Positions 8,072 through 16,493 of a stretch of 20,000 nt of DNA are shown here, piece by piece; position 1 is the first letter of the stretch, and each line of letters begins with the position of its first letter. The notes beneath the pieces are model-generated. The model made no database searches. It was not told the DNA's origin and was given only the letters and a program-made list of their open reading frames with translations. Source of the stretch: an uncultured virus (IMG/VR IMGVR_UViG_3300021963_000099) (Duplodnaviria; Heunggongvirae; Uroviricota; Caudoviricetes); the IMG/VR virus record IMGVR_UViG_3300021963_000099; one strand, given 5' to 3'. Both the position numbers and the translations under genes were made by a program.

Positions 8072-8341
8072 ATGCATATATTAACAATTCTCGGTGAAGA
8101 AGACAGGGGTGCTTACTCAGTAACAGACGAAAACGGAGAGCAAATCTTATACATCTTTGAAGAAGAAGATGATGCTTTAAGATTTGCTATGATGTTAGAA
8201 GACGCTGGTAGCCCAGAAATGAATGTGGTTGAAGTTGACGAAGAATTGTTGTATAATGTATGTGATATGCATGGTTATGACTATGCAGTTATAACTAAAG
8301 ATGACATTGTAGTTCCACCAGATCAATATGATAGTTTTTGA
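8072..8341 (+). CDS. Conserved small acidic protein, DUF3110-like
   Basis: LYIFEEEDDALRFAMMLE...VCDMHGYDY resembles, from memory, the cyanobacterial DUF3110 core (FE.EDDA.R[FY]A.LE); sits between g47 and g46. Confidence 0.65.
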   Translation: MHILTILGEEDRGAYSVTDENGEQILYIFEEEDDALRFAMMLEDAGSPEMNVVEVDEELLYNVCDMHGYDYAVITKDDIVVPPDQYDSF

Positions 8342-10055
8342 AAAAATCAGATGGAAAAATTTTCTTTCTACTGGAAATCATTTTATTGAAGTTGATTTAA
8401 ATACAGGATCAAACACTTTAATAATTGGGTCTAATGGAGCAGGTAAGAGCACAATATTAGATGCTCTTACTTTTGTTCTATTTGGAAAGGCGTTTCGTAA
8501 AATTAATAAACCGCAATTATTAAATAGTACAAATGAAAAGGACTGTTTAGTAGAAATTGAATTTACAATTGGAACTATTAATTGGAAAGTTGCAAGAGGA
8601 ATAAAACCATCTGTATTTGAAATTTATAGAGATGGAAATTTACTAAATCAAGAATCTTCTAGCGCAGATCAGCAAAAGTTTTTAGAGCAGACAGTTCTAA
8701 AAATGAACTATAAATCTTTTACTCAGATTGTAATTCTCGGAAGTAGTAATTTTGTTCCTTTCATGCAATTACCTGCAGCTGGAAGACGAGAAGTAATCGA
8801 AGATCTTCTTGATATTAAAGTATTTTCTACTATGAATACTTTAATAAAAGATAAGATGAGAATTTATAAAGAAGAAATTAGAGTTCTTGATCTAAAAAAA
8901 GAATCTCTAAAAGATAAAGTTGATCTTCAAAATGGATTTATTGAAGAACTTGAAAATAGAGGTAAAGAAAATATTCAGGATAAAAGAATTTCTATTTTAT
9001 CATTTACAGAAGATATTGGAAATCTTATGGATGATAATCAAAAGATTGAAAAAGAAACTTCTTTATTGCAAGATAAAATTCAAGATTTTTCTGATGCTAC
9101 AAATAAGTTGCGTAAAATGGGAAACCTGAAGGGTAAGTTATCTCAAAAGGTGAAAACAATCACAGATGAACATAAATTTTTCAATGAGAATACAACTTGT
9201 CCGACTTGTACCCAACAAATTGATGATGAGTTTAGAAAATCTAAAATAGAGGATGCTAAAAATAAAGCAAAAGAACTTCAAGATGGATATATTGAATTAG
9301 AAAATGCTATAAAGTTAGAAGAAAAAAGAGAAGATAATTTTATAAAATTATCAAAGCAAATAGTAAATTTAAATCAAGAACTATCAAAAAACAATACAAA
9401 AATTTCAGAGTATAATAAAAATATAAAAAAATTAGAAAATGAAATTATACAGGTAGAAACTCAATTAAAAAATAAAAATGAAGAACATAGAAAATTAGAA
9501 GAATACCAAGAAAAATTAGAAAATGTATATGATGAAATAGTGGAATTGAAGGAGAAGATGAGACATTATGATTTCTGTCAAAATCTTTTAAAAGATGGTG
9601 GAGTAAAAACTAGAATCATTAAAAAATATTTACCTATTATGAATGAACAGGTAAATAGATATCTTCAAATGATGGATTTCTTTATTAACTTTACTTTAGA
9701 TGAAGAATTTAATGAAACGATTCTTTCTCCAATTCATGAAGATTTTACTTATAGTTCTTTTAGTGAGGGAGAAAAACAGAGAATTGATCTAGCATTATTA
9801 TTCACTTGGAGGGAGGTTGCTAAGTTTAAAAATTCTACTAATACAAATTTATTGATATTAGATGAAATATTCGATTCTTCCTTAGATGGATTTGGTACGG
9901 ATGACTTCTTAAAAATTATAAGATTTGTAATTAAAGGATCTAATACTTTTGTAATTTCTCATAAAGAGTCTCTTCATGATAAATTTGATAATGTAATTAA
10001 ATTTGAAAAAAGAAAAAATTTCTCATATAAAACAATTATACAATGCAAAAATTAA
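8328..10055 (+). CDS. g46: Recombination ATPase subunit gp46 (Rad50/SbcC-like)
   Basis: WKNFLSTGN, GSNGAGKST (Walker A), CPTC zinc hook, FSEGEKQRIDL signature, LILDE (Walker B) and ISH. Confidence 0.97.
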   Translation: MIVFEKIRWKNFLSTGNHFIEVDLNTGSNTLIIGSNGAGKSTILDALTFVLFGKAFRKINKPQLLNSTNEKDCLVEIEFTIGTINWKVARGIKPSVFEIYRDGNLLNQESSSADQQKFLEQTVLKMNYKSFTQIVILGSSNFVPFMQLPAAGRREVIEDLLDIKVFSTMNTLIKDKMRIYKEEIRVLDLKKESLKDKVDLQNGFIEELENRGKENIQDKRISILSFTEDIGNLMDDNQKIEKETSLLQDKIQDFSDATNKLRKMGNLKGKLSQKVKTITDEHKFFNENTTCPTCTQQIDDEFRKSKIEDAKNKAKELQDGYIELENAIKLEEKREDNFIKLSKQIVNLNQELSKNNTKISEYNKNIKKLENEIIQVETQLKNKNEEHRKLEEYQEKLENVYDEIVELKEKMRHYDFCQNLLKDGGVKTRIIKKYLPIMNEQVNRYLQMMDFFINFTLDEEFNETILSPIHEDFTYSSFSEGEKQRIDLALLFTWREVAKFKNSTNTNLLILDEIFDSSLDGFGTDDFLKIIRFVIKGSNTFVISHKESLHDKFDNVIKFEKRKNFSYKTIIQCKN

Positions 10056-10885
10056 TTCCTTTCTGCGGTCTTCCTAGAAGTGGATCTACGCTATTATGTA
10101 ATGTGTTAGGACAACATCCAGATGTAACTTTATCTGCAGATTCTTTATTACCTGCTATAGTTTCTGTAATCATGTCTGAGGCTGAGAAGATAATTCAAGA
10201 ATCTCAATATGATGCAGATTTTACTTATAAATTATTTGATAATTTTGTAGATTCTGGAATCAAATCTTGGGCAAAAAATATATCAGATACAAAATTTTAT
10301 TTGGATAAATCTAGAGGTTGGTCTGATACACTTAATTTTTTATTTGGTTTATATCCGGATATTAAACTGATATTCACTATCAGGGATTTGAGAGGAATAT
10401 ATTTATCATTTGATAGACTGTCTCAAGGAAATATTTTATCTGGAGGAATAAGTTCTCACTATGATGAAGTAAGTCAACAAAATAATGATGCAGATTTTTT
10501 AGAGGAAAGAATAGATTTTTTCTTAAATGGAGATATGGTTAAAAAACATCTTAATAGATTGAAAGAAATAATAGATCTTGATAGATGGTATTCTAAAAAT
10601 ATTAAAATTGTTAAATATGAAGACTTTATGCAAAATCCAAATAAAGTTTTAAAATCTATTTCAAATTTTCTTGATTTAAATGAATTTAATTATGATTTAA
10701 ATGATATAACTCAAGTCAAGTATAATGATTGCATTTATCTTCCATACGGATATCATAAACTGAAAAAAACATTAACGCCAAGTATTCCAAATTACGATGA
10801 TAAATTAAGGAAGTCTGCTCAAAATAAAATCTTTAAAGATTATCGCTGGTACTATTCCCTTTTCTATCCAGAGGTGCTAAGGTAG
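10043..10885 (+). CDS. PAPS-dependent sulfotransferase family protein
   Basis: 5'-PSB motif GLPRSGSTLL, DKSR.W, 3'-PB motif IRDLRGIYLSF and VKYEDFMQNP. Confidence 0.85.
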   Translation: MQKLIPFCGLPRSGSTLLCNVLGQHPDVTLSADSLLPAIVSVIMSEAEKIIQESQYDADFTYKLFDNFVDSGIKSWAKNISDTKFYLDKSRGWSDTLNFLFGLYPDIKLIFTIRDLRGIYLSFDRLSQGNILSGGISSHYDEVSQQNNDADFLEERIDFFLNGDMVKKHLNRLKEIIDLDRWYSKNIKIVKYEDFMQNPNKVLKSISNFLDLNEFNYDLNDITQVKYNDCIYLPYGYHKLKKTLTPSIPNYDDKLRKSAQNKIFKDYRWYYSLFYPEVLR

Positions 10886-10893
10886 GATAAATA
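10886..10893 (+). promoter_or_regulatory. Late promoter upstream of small basic ORF
   Basis: GATAAATA ending 10 nt before ATG 10904. Confidence 0.65.
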
Positions 10894-10903
10894 CTTAAAA
10901 ACC

Positions 10904-11125
10904 ATGCAAGTCCCAAACTGGAAACACAATTCTGGGAAACCTCAGAAACGAAAACTTAAACCGCAAGCACTGAGGCAAGCTAAAGCACGACTCGCCCAGT
11001 TCAAAAAGCGTCACATGGGTCGCCCAAAAGGCGACCTTTCGTTTTATGATGGTCTCATACGAAACAAATTCGATGTCAGTTTCTCACGAAATCAAATCCC
11101 AACTTGCCAAACTGCTTGCCACTGA
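10904..11125 (+). CDS. Small Lys/Arg-rich conserved cyanophage hypothetical protein
   Basis: MQVPNWKHNSGKPQKRKLKPQALRQAKARLAQFKK with a late promoter upstream. The 3' part runs through a hairpin/promoter and overlaps the next gene, so the C-terminal half is uncertain. Confidence 0.6.
   Translation: MQVPNWKHNSGKPQKRKLKPQALRQAKARLAQFKKRHMGRPKGDLSFYDGLIRNKFDVSFSRNQIPTCQTACH
10996..11068 (+). promoter_or_regulatory. Phage early-type promoter, copy 1 (for VWA gene), containing a hairpin
   Basis: CCAGTT (10996) ... TCAC ... TTTCG-N3-TATGAT (11045-11050) ... GAAACAAA (11061); GGTCGCC-caaaa-GGCGACC hairpin at 11018-11036 followed by TTTCGTTTT. Confidence 0.7.
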
Positions 11126-13259
11126 AGACCTTGTGGTAGAGCATAAGAAAGTGTCTACCGCTTGCTTCAATGTTCACACTCGTGTCCTGACCCTTCCCTT
11201 GTGGGAGAAGGCAAGCAACCTTGTTTATGACCTTCTAGTTGGTCATGAAGTTGGTCATGCTCTTTTCACTCCAGACGAAGATTGGACAGAGAATGTAAAA
11301 GTTCCTCCTCAGTTTGTGAATGTTGTTGAGGATGCTCGTGTTGAGAAATTGATGAAACGCAAATACGCTGGTCTTGCTAAGACTTTTTATAATGGATATA
11401 AGGAACTGAATGAAGAAGACTTCTTTCAGATTGCTGATGATGATATGTCCACTTTTAATCTTGCTGATCGGGCAAATTTATATTTCAAAGTTGGTAATTT
11501 TATTTCGTTAGATTTTACTCCTGAAGAGAAAGAAATTATTGACTTGATTGCAGTAACTGAAACTTTTGCTGATGCTCTAATTGCTGCTGAAGAACTTTAC
11601 AAATATTGCAAAAAAGAAAAGGAACAGCAGCAGAAAGTTGCTGACTTTGATTCTCATGAGACTCAAGGAAACTCACAATCTCCTGCAAGTGATTTTGTAG
11701 AGACTAATGACTCTTCTTCTGAGCAAGATGGTGAAAGTGATAACTCTTCTGAAAAAGAGTCTGAAGAGTCTTATGGTGGTACTGCTCAAGGTGATGAAAC
11801 TCCTGTGAAATCTTCTGGTGAAAAGGAAGAACCTGAAGTTCGCACTGTAGATTCTTTAGAGAAAAGTATTGAAAACTTAGTATCTAATGAATCTTATGAT
11901 AATGTTTATGTAGAAGTTCCCCAGTTAAATCTTAATACAGTTATTGGTAAAAATTCTGATGTCCATAAAGATATTGATCAATCTTTTTATCATCAGCAGC
12001 AATTTCATAATCAACATGCAAATAATGAAGGATATACTCCTGAAAATCTTTATAAAGAATCTGATACTGAATTCAAGAAGTTCAAGTCTTCTTCTCAGAA
12101 AGAAGTTAATTATCTCGTAAAAGAGTTTGAATGTCGTAAAGCAGCAGATCAATACTCTCGTGCATCTACTGCTCGCACGGGTGTTCTTGATACTACTCGT
12201 CTTCACACCTACAAATACAATGAAGATCTGTTTAAAAAAGTATCTGTGATTCCTGATGGTAAGAATCATGGTCTAGTATTTGTTCTAGACTGGAGTGGTT
12301 CTATGGCAGATGTAATGCTTGATACTTGCAAGCAACTCTTTAACCTTGTTTGGTTCTGCAAGAAAGTTTCTATTCCTTTTGAAGTTTATGCCTTCACTAA
12401 TGAGTGGCGTCGTGGAGAATATAATTATGAGAATGATCACTATATTGCTGCAGATCGCACTCCTCATTATGAGAAAAAAGAAAATCTTCTAATTGTGGAT
12501 GAGAATTTTTCTATGATGAATATTCTTACTAGCAAAGTAACTAGTAAAGAACTGGAACACCAACTTCTTAATATTTGGCGTCTTGCTTATTGTTTTGGAA
12601 GGTCTTATTATTCTCATTATACTTATTCTAATCGTTTAAGTCTTTCAGGAACTCCTTTAAATGAAGCACTGATCGCACTTCATCAAATTCTTCCTAAGTT
12701 CCAGAAAGAAAACAAACTTCAGAAAGTTCAGTGTATTGTCTTGACTGATGGCGAAGCAAATCAACTTAATTACCACAGAGAAGTAAAGCGTAACTGGGAA
12801 AAAAATACATATCTTGGAAGTGGTTATGTTAATCCTAATCTTACATTTCTTCGTGATCGTAAATTAGGTACTACCTACAAAGTTAGTCATGGATATCATG
12901 CATTTACTGATACGCTTTTAAGAAATTTAAAAGATAAGTTTTCTTGCACAAACTTTATTGGTATTCGTATTATGGAAAGTCGTAATGCCCAAAAATTTAT
13001 TGGACTTTATCATTCTGAGTCGGATAAACATTGGGAAAAAATTCAAACTGATTGGAAGAAACTGCGTAGTTTTACTATTATTAATTCTGGTTATGATGCA
13101 TATTTTGGAATGTCTTCAATTGCTCTTTCTCAAGATTCTGAATTTGAAGTTGCTGAAGATGCAACCAAGTCTCAAATTAAATCTGCATTTCTAAAATCTC
13201 TTAAGACCAAAAAACTAAATAAAAAAGTACTTAGTGATTTTATTACATTAGTTGTATGA
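11073..13259 (+). CDS. CobT-like protein: N-terminal HEXXH metallopeptidase-like domain, acidic linker, C-terminal VWA domain
   Basis: GHEVGHALFT, NVVEDARVE, MIDAS DWSGS, SGTPL and LTDGE. Start reassigned to ATG 11073, downstream of the -10 box. Confidence 0.85.
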   Translation: MSVSHEIKSQLAKLLATEDLVVEHKKVSTACFNVHTRVLTLPLWEKASNLVYDLLVGHEVGHALFTPDEDWTENVKVPPQFVNVVEDARVEKLMKRKYAGLAKTFYNGYKELNEEDFFQIADDDMSTFNLADRANLYFKVGNFISLDFTPEEKEIIDLIAVTETFADALIAAEELYKYCKKEKEQQQKVADFDSHETQGNSQSPASDFVETNDSSSEQDGESDNSSEKESEESYGGTAQGDETPVKSSGEKEEPEVRTVDSLEKSIENLVSNESYDNVYVEVPQLNLNTVIGKNSDVHKDIDQSFYHQQQFHNQHANNEGYTPENLYKESDTEFKKFKSSSQKEVNYLVKEFECRKAADQYSRASTARTGVLDTTRLHTYKYNEDLFKKVSVIPDGKNHGLVFVLDWSGSMADVMLDTCKQLFNLVWFCKKVSIPFEVYAFTNEWRRGEYNYENDHYIAADRTPHYEKKENLLIVDENFSMMNILTSKVTSKELEHQLLNIWRLAYCFGRSYYSHYTYSNRLSLSGTPLNEALIALHQILPKFQKENKLQKVQCIVLTDGEANQLNYHREVKRNWEKNTYLGSGYVNPNLTFLRDRKLGTTYKVSHGYHAFTDTLLRNLKDKFSCTNFIGIRIMESRNAQKFIGLYHSESDKHWEKIQTDWKKLRSFTIINSGYDAYFGMSSIALSQDSEFEVAEDATKSQIKSAFLKSLKTKKLNKKVLSDFITLVV

Positions 13260-13921
13260 AAAAAGATTATTTGGCTGAAAAAAATATTTTAGATAAAGAA
13301 AATGATTTTGAAAAATATATTAGAGAAAGATCTCAAGTAGTTTCAGATTGGTATTATAATTGTTTTTCTATAGATATTGGTTATTTTAGAGAGTCGGCAG
13401 TATTCCCTGCTATACAACTAATTGATTTAATGGAATATACTGTTGGTGCAGAAATAGGAGTTTCTCATGGACATAGTACTATTACTCTTATAGAAAAATG
13501 TGATAAATTAAAAACTCTTTATTGTATAGATAACTATAAACCATATCAAGATTATTATACTGAAAATTTTTTCGTAGATGAATATGAAATTGCTATTATT
13601 AAAAATTTAGCATTTAAGAAAATAAAAAATTCTAAAAGTAGTGATAAAGTAGTTTTTTATGAAGAGGATAGTAATGTATCTGTAGAAAGGTTTAAAAATG
13701 GTGAATTAGATTTTGTGCTTTTGGATGCTCATTTAAATGCAGAACAAATTAAAAATGATTTGGAAAAATGGTATCCAAAAGTTAGATCTGGAGGTCTAGT
13801 TATGATTCATGATACAAATTATCCTTCAGTTTTGGAAGAAATAAAAATTTTTCTTGATGATATAAAATTCAATGGAAAGTATAGTAATATTATTGATTTA
13901 TGTTGTTTGATAAAAGAATAA
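13256..13921 (+). CDS. Class I SAM-dependent methyltransferase (Methyltransf_24-like)
   Basis: VGAEIGVSHGHS (motif I), LYCID, LDFVLLDAH and WYPKVRSGGLVMIHD. Confidence 0.85.
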   Translation: MKKDYLAEKNILDKENDFEKYIRERSQVVSDWYYNCFSIDIGYFRESAVFPAIQLIDLMEYTVGAEIGVSHGHSTITLIEKCDKLKTLYCIDNYKPYQDYYTENFFVDEYEIAIIKNLAFKKIKNSKSSDKVVFYEEDSNVSVERFKNGELDFVLLDAHLNAEQIKNDLEKWYPKVRSGGLVMIHDTNYPSVLEEIKIFLDDIKFNGKYSNIIDLCCLIKE

Positions 13922-14104
13922 ATGAAAAAATTTCCTTTAGAGCATGTAGTTAAATATAATACTAAAGAAGTGTGGATTAAATGCTCTAGTAGTATTACTG
14001 CTATGGGTATTTCTTCTTTAGTTGAAAAATATTATCCAGGATATATTGGAAGAATTGCTACAGATGATTACTTGGATCAACTAAGGAACCAGTTGGCAAA
14101 CTGA
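13922..14104 (+). CDS. Small hypothetical protein (60 aa)
   Basis: ORF abuts the upstream stop; KEVWIKCSSSITAMGISSLVEKYYPGY; fills the gap exactly. Confidence 0.7.
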   Translation: MKKFPLEHVVKYNTKEVWIKCSSSITAMGISSLVEKYYPGYIGRIATDDYLDQLRNQLAN

Positions 14105-14160
14105 CCACTACGGGAAGTTCATGACCCCATTTCGCACTATAATAACGGAGTTGAAACAAA
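14089..14160 (+). promoter_or_regulatory. Phage early-type promoter, copy 2 (for AAA+ gene)
   Basis: CCAGTT-ggca-AACTG inverted repeat (14089-14103), CCAC, TTTCG-N3-TATAAT (14138-14143) and GAAACAAA (14153). Confidence 0.72.
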
Positions 14161-14166
14161 ACACAC

Positions 14167-15258
14167 ATGACACTTTCTTCCGATTACATTCGCACTTCTC
14201 TTCAATCCCTTTATGGTAATAATATTACCGGAGCAGATATTCGTGCTTGGTGTAATATGAATGAATCTAATTATCAAACCGTAACTAATAAACTTGCACA
14301 ATATAAAACTAGTCGCGGTAAATGGAATCTTGAAGTCACTCAACAAAAAGTAGAAGAAATCGAGCGTTCTTTCCAAGCCCCTTCTGTTCTTCCTACTTCT
14401 GAACAAAATCTTATTCCCGAAAAAGATGATACCTTCGTCAAGTTTGGTAATTTTTCAGATATTAAAAAAATTATTCAGTCCAGTCTTTTTTATCCTACAT
14501 TTATTACGGGCCTCTCTGGTAATGGTAAAACACTCAGTGTGGAGCAAGCATGTTCTCAACTGAAGCGAGAACTGATCCGTGTTAACATCACCATTGAAAC
14601 AGATGAAGATGATCTTATTGGTGGTTTCCGTCTACTGAATGGCGAAACAGTTTGGCACAATGGACCTGTAATTGAAGCACTAGAGCGAGGTGCTATTCTA
14701 CTGCTCGATGAGATTGACCTTGCTTCCAACAAAATCCTTTGCTTACAATCCGTGCTAGAAGGTAAGGGTGTATTCCTGAAAAAAATTGGTAAGTTTGTAA
14801 AACCTGCTTCTGGATTCAATGTAATTGCTACTGCAAATACCAAAGGCAAGGGTTCTGATGATGGTCGTTTCATCGGTACGAATGTTCTTAATGAGGCATT
14901 CTTGGAACGCTTCCCTGTGACCTTTGAGCAGTCCTATCCTGCCCCTGCAACTGAACAGAAGATTCTGGAAGGCATCGCTCTAGATCTTGGCGTGGAAGAC
15001 CGTGACTTCTGCAAGCGTCTGGTAGACTGGGCAGATATCATCCGTAAGACCTTCTACGATGGTGGTATTGAGGAAATCATCAGCACCCGTCGTCTGGTTC
15101 ACATCATCCGTGCCTACAGCATCTTCCAAGATAAGGCAAAGGCAATTCAAGTGTGCGTGAACCGCTTTGATGACGAAACCAAGCAAGCATTCCTTGAACT
15201 TTATGACAAGGTAGACGCTGATTTCCAAATGCCTATTGACCAGGAAACGCAATCCTGA
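14167..15258 (+). CDS. cobS: CobS-like MoxR-family AAA+ ATPase
   Basis: GLSGNGKT (Walker A), ETDEDDLIGG, LLLDEID (Walker B), ATANTKG, NEAFLERF and ISTRRL; matches the cyanophage 'cobS' core gene. Confidence 0.92.
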   Translation: MTLSSDYIRTSLQSLYGNNITGADIRAWCNMNESNYQTVTNKLAQYKTSRGKWNLEVTQQKVEEIERSFQAPSVLPTSEQNLIPEKDDTFVKFGNFSDIKKIIQSSLFYPTFITGLSGNGKTLSVEQACSQLKRELIRVNITIETDEDDLIGGFRLLNGETVWHNGPVIEALERGAILLLDEIDLASNKILCLQSVLEGKGVFLKKIGKFVKPASGFNVIATANTKGKGSDDGRFIGTNVLNEAFLERFPVTFEQSYPAPATEQKILEGIALDLGVEDRDFCKRLVDWADIIRKTFYDGGIEEIISTRRLVHIIRAYSIFQDKAKAIQVCVNRFDDETKQAFLELYDKVDADFQMPIDQETQS

Positions 15259-15264
15259 TATAAT
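15236..15264 (+). promoter_or_regulatory. Sigma70-type promoter for pebS
   Basis: TTGACC (15236-15241), 17 nt, TATAAT (15259-15264), with extended -10 TG. Confidence 0.8.
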
Positions 15265-15267
15265 ATG

Positions 15268-15289
15268 GGGAGGTAAGTCCTCCCTTTTT
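15268..15289 (+). terminator. Rho-independent terminator after cobS
   Basis: GGGAGG-taagt-CCTCCC followed by TTTTT. Confidence 0.75.
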
Positions 15290-15293
15290 AATT

Positions 15294-15914
15294 ATGGATC
15301 TCTGGAAAAATTACAAAAAAGTTTTATTTGAAACTTTTCCCGATCTGACCTACCAATCTACTTGGTGCCAGTGGGAGGGTAAAATTAATCTAGATGCAAA
15401 ACTCTATTCTAGTCCAACCATTTTAAAATCTAGAGAAGCAGAAATCTGGAATGAAAAGACTTGCATCTATAACAATATAATCTATCCAAAAACAGGTTCT
15501 GATTTGCCATGTTTTGGAATGGATCTTATGGGGTTCTTTGAAAAGAAAGTTGTTATTACTTTTGATTTCCAACATCCTAGAGAGAATTATCTTTTTTCTT
15601 TAGGAGATGCTCTTCCAAAATGTGAAGGTGGTATTAGGTTTTTTGAACCAGGAAATCATTTCTCAGAACATTTATTTGTCGCCAAGTGTGTAATGAGTGA
15701 AGTTGACAACTACCTAGAAGACTTCACCAAATACTTGCTTAAATTTAAAGAAATGCTAGACTTAAAGAAACCATCTGGACTAGACACTTCAGAGTATCAT
15801 GATTTTGATTCTTATATGACAAAACTAGATCCTGTTGCTGGTTATCTTTCTAGCAACTTTGGAAAAGAAAAATCAGAACAATTTGTAAACGATTTTCTTT
15901 TTGAATATGGTTAA
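15294..15914 (+). CDS. pebS: Phycoerythrobilin synthase (ferredoxin-dependent bilin reductase)
   Basis: YPKTGSDLPCFGMDLM, FDFQHPRE.YLFS, RFFE.GNHFS, DFDSYMTKLDPV.GY and FVNDFLF closely follow phage PebS as recalled for P-SSM2, including both catalytic Asp (GMDL, LDPV). Confidence 0.92.
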   Translation: MDLWKNYKKVLFETFPDLTYQSTWCQWEGKINLDAKLYSSPTILKSREAEIWNEKTCIYNNIIYPKTGSDLPCFGMDLMGFFEKKVVITFDFQHPRENYLFSLGDALPKCEGGIRFFEPGNHFSEHLFVAKCVMSEVDNYLEDFTKYLLKFKEMLDLKKPSGLDTSEYHDFDSYMTKLDPVAGYLSSNFGKEKSEQFVNDFLFEYG

Positions 15915-16491
15915 TTCTTGGAGTTTACTTTACGACGCTATGTACGGATCTGAAGAAGAAAAAAATTCTCTTGATTGGAATAAAATTTATTCTGGTCAAG
16001 ATGAAAAATATGAACTAACTGCTGATGGATTTCTTTGGGCGAAATCTAACGATATTCCTCCAACAGATACATCTAAAAACATTTTTGAATATGGAGATAC
16101 TTTGTTGAATTTAAATTATCCTATGTCATCTACAAATAGTGAAGATAAAATTGATCTAACTTTTGGGTTAAATGCTTCCAATCAAACCAATAAGAATGGT
16201 TTTTGGAAATATGAAGAAGATAAAACTCTGAAACAAGTTGAAGAGTATCTTGCCAGTACTTATCATTCTCATTACACTTCTGAACAATCTAAAACTCAAA
16301 CTCTTGATCTGATCGAAAGTATTGGTGATGCAGAAGCATTTACTCGTTCAAATGCTATTAAATATCTTTCCCGTTTTGGTAAGAAGAATGGTAAGTCTAA
16401 AATGGACATTCTAAAAGCAATTCACTATTGCGTTCTTCTTTATCATTTTGCTGGACTTCACAAAAACACTGTCTCTGATTTTCACTATTGA
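15907..16491 (+). CDS. Conserved cyanophage protein with C-terminal DUF3310-like (T7 gp1.7 nucleotide kinase-like) domain
   Basis: STYHSHY...AFTRSNAIKYLSRFGKKNG...DILKAIHY; variable low-complexity N-terminus; ATG at 15907. Confidence 0.7.
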   Translation: MVNSWSLLYDAMYGSEEEKNSLDWNKIYSGQDEKYELTADGFLWAKSNDIPPTDTSKNIFEYGDTLLNLNYPMSSTNSEDKIDLTFGLNASNQTNKNGFWKYEEDKTLKQVEEYLASTYHSHYTSEQSKTQTLDLIESIGDAEAFTRSNAIKYLSRFGKKNGKSKMDILKAIHYCVLLYHFAGLHKNTVSDFHY

Positions 16492-16493
16492 TT

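Noticed and set aside
11046..11072. Upstream ATGs of the VWA gene
   Set aside because: They lie within the predicted -10 box (TATGAT), upstream of the likely transcription start.
14137..15252. Three minus-strand ORFs opposite cobS (and 11925-12467 opposite the VWA gene)
   Set aside because: Antisense shadows of well-conserved genes, with no promoter, RBS or recognisable motifs.
14167..15258. Interpretation as a cobalamin-biosynthesis AMG
   Set aside because: No cobN or other cob genes in the window; only generic MoxR AAA+ motifs are evident.
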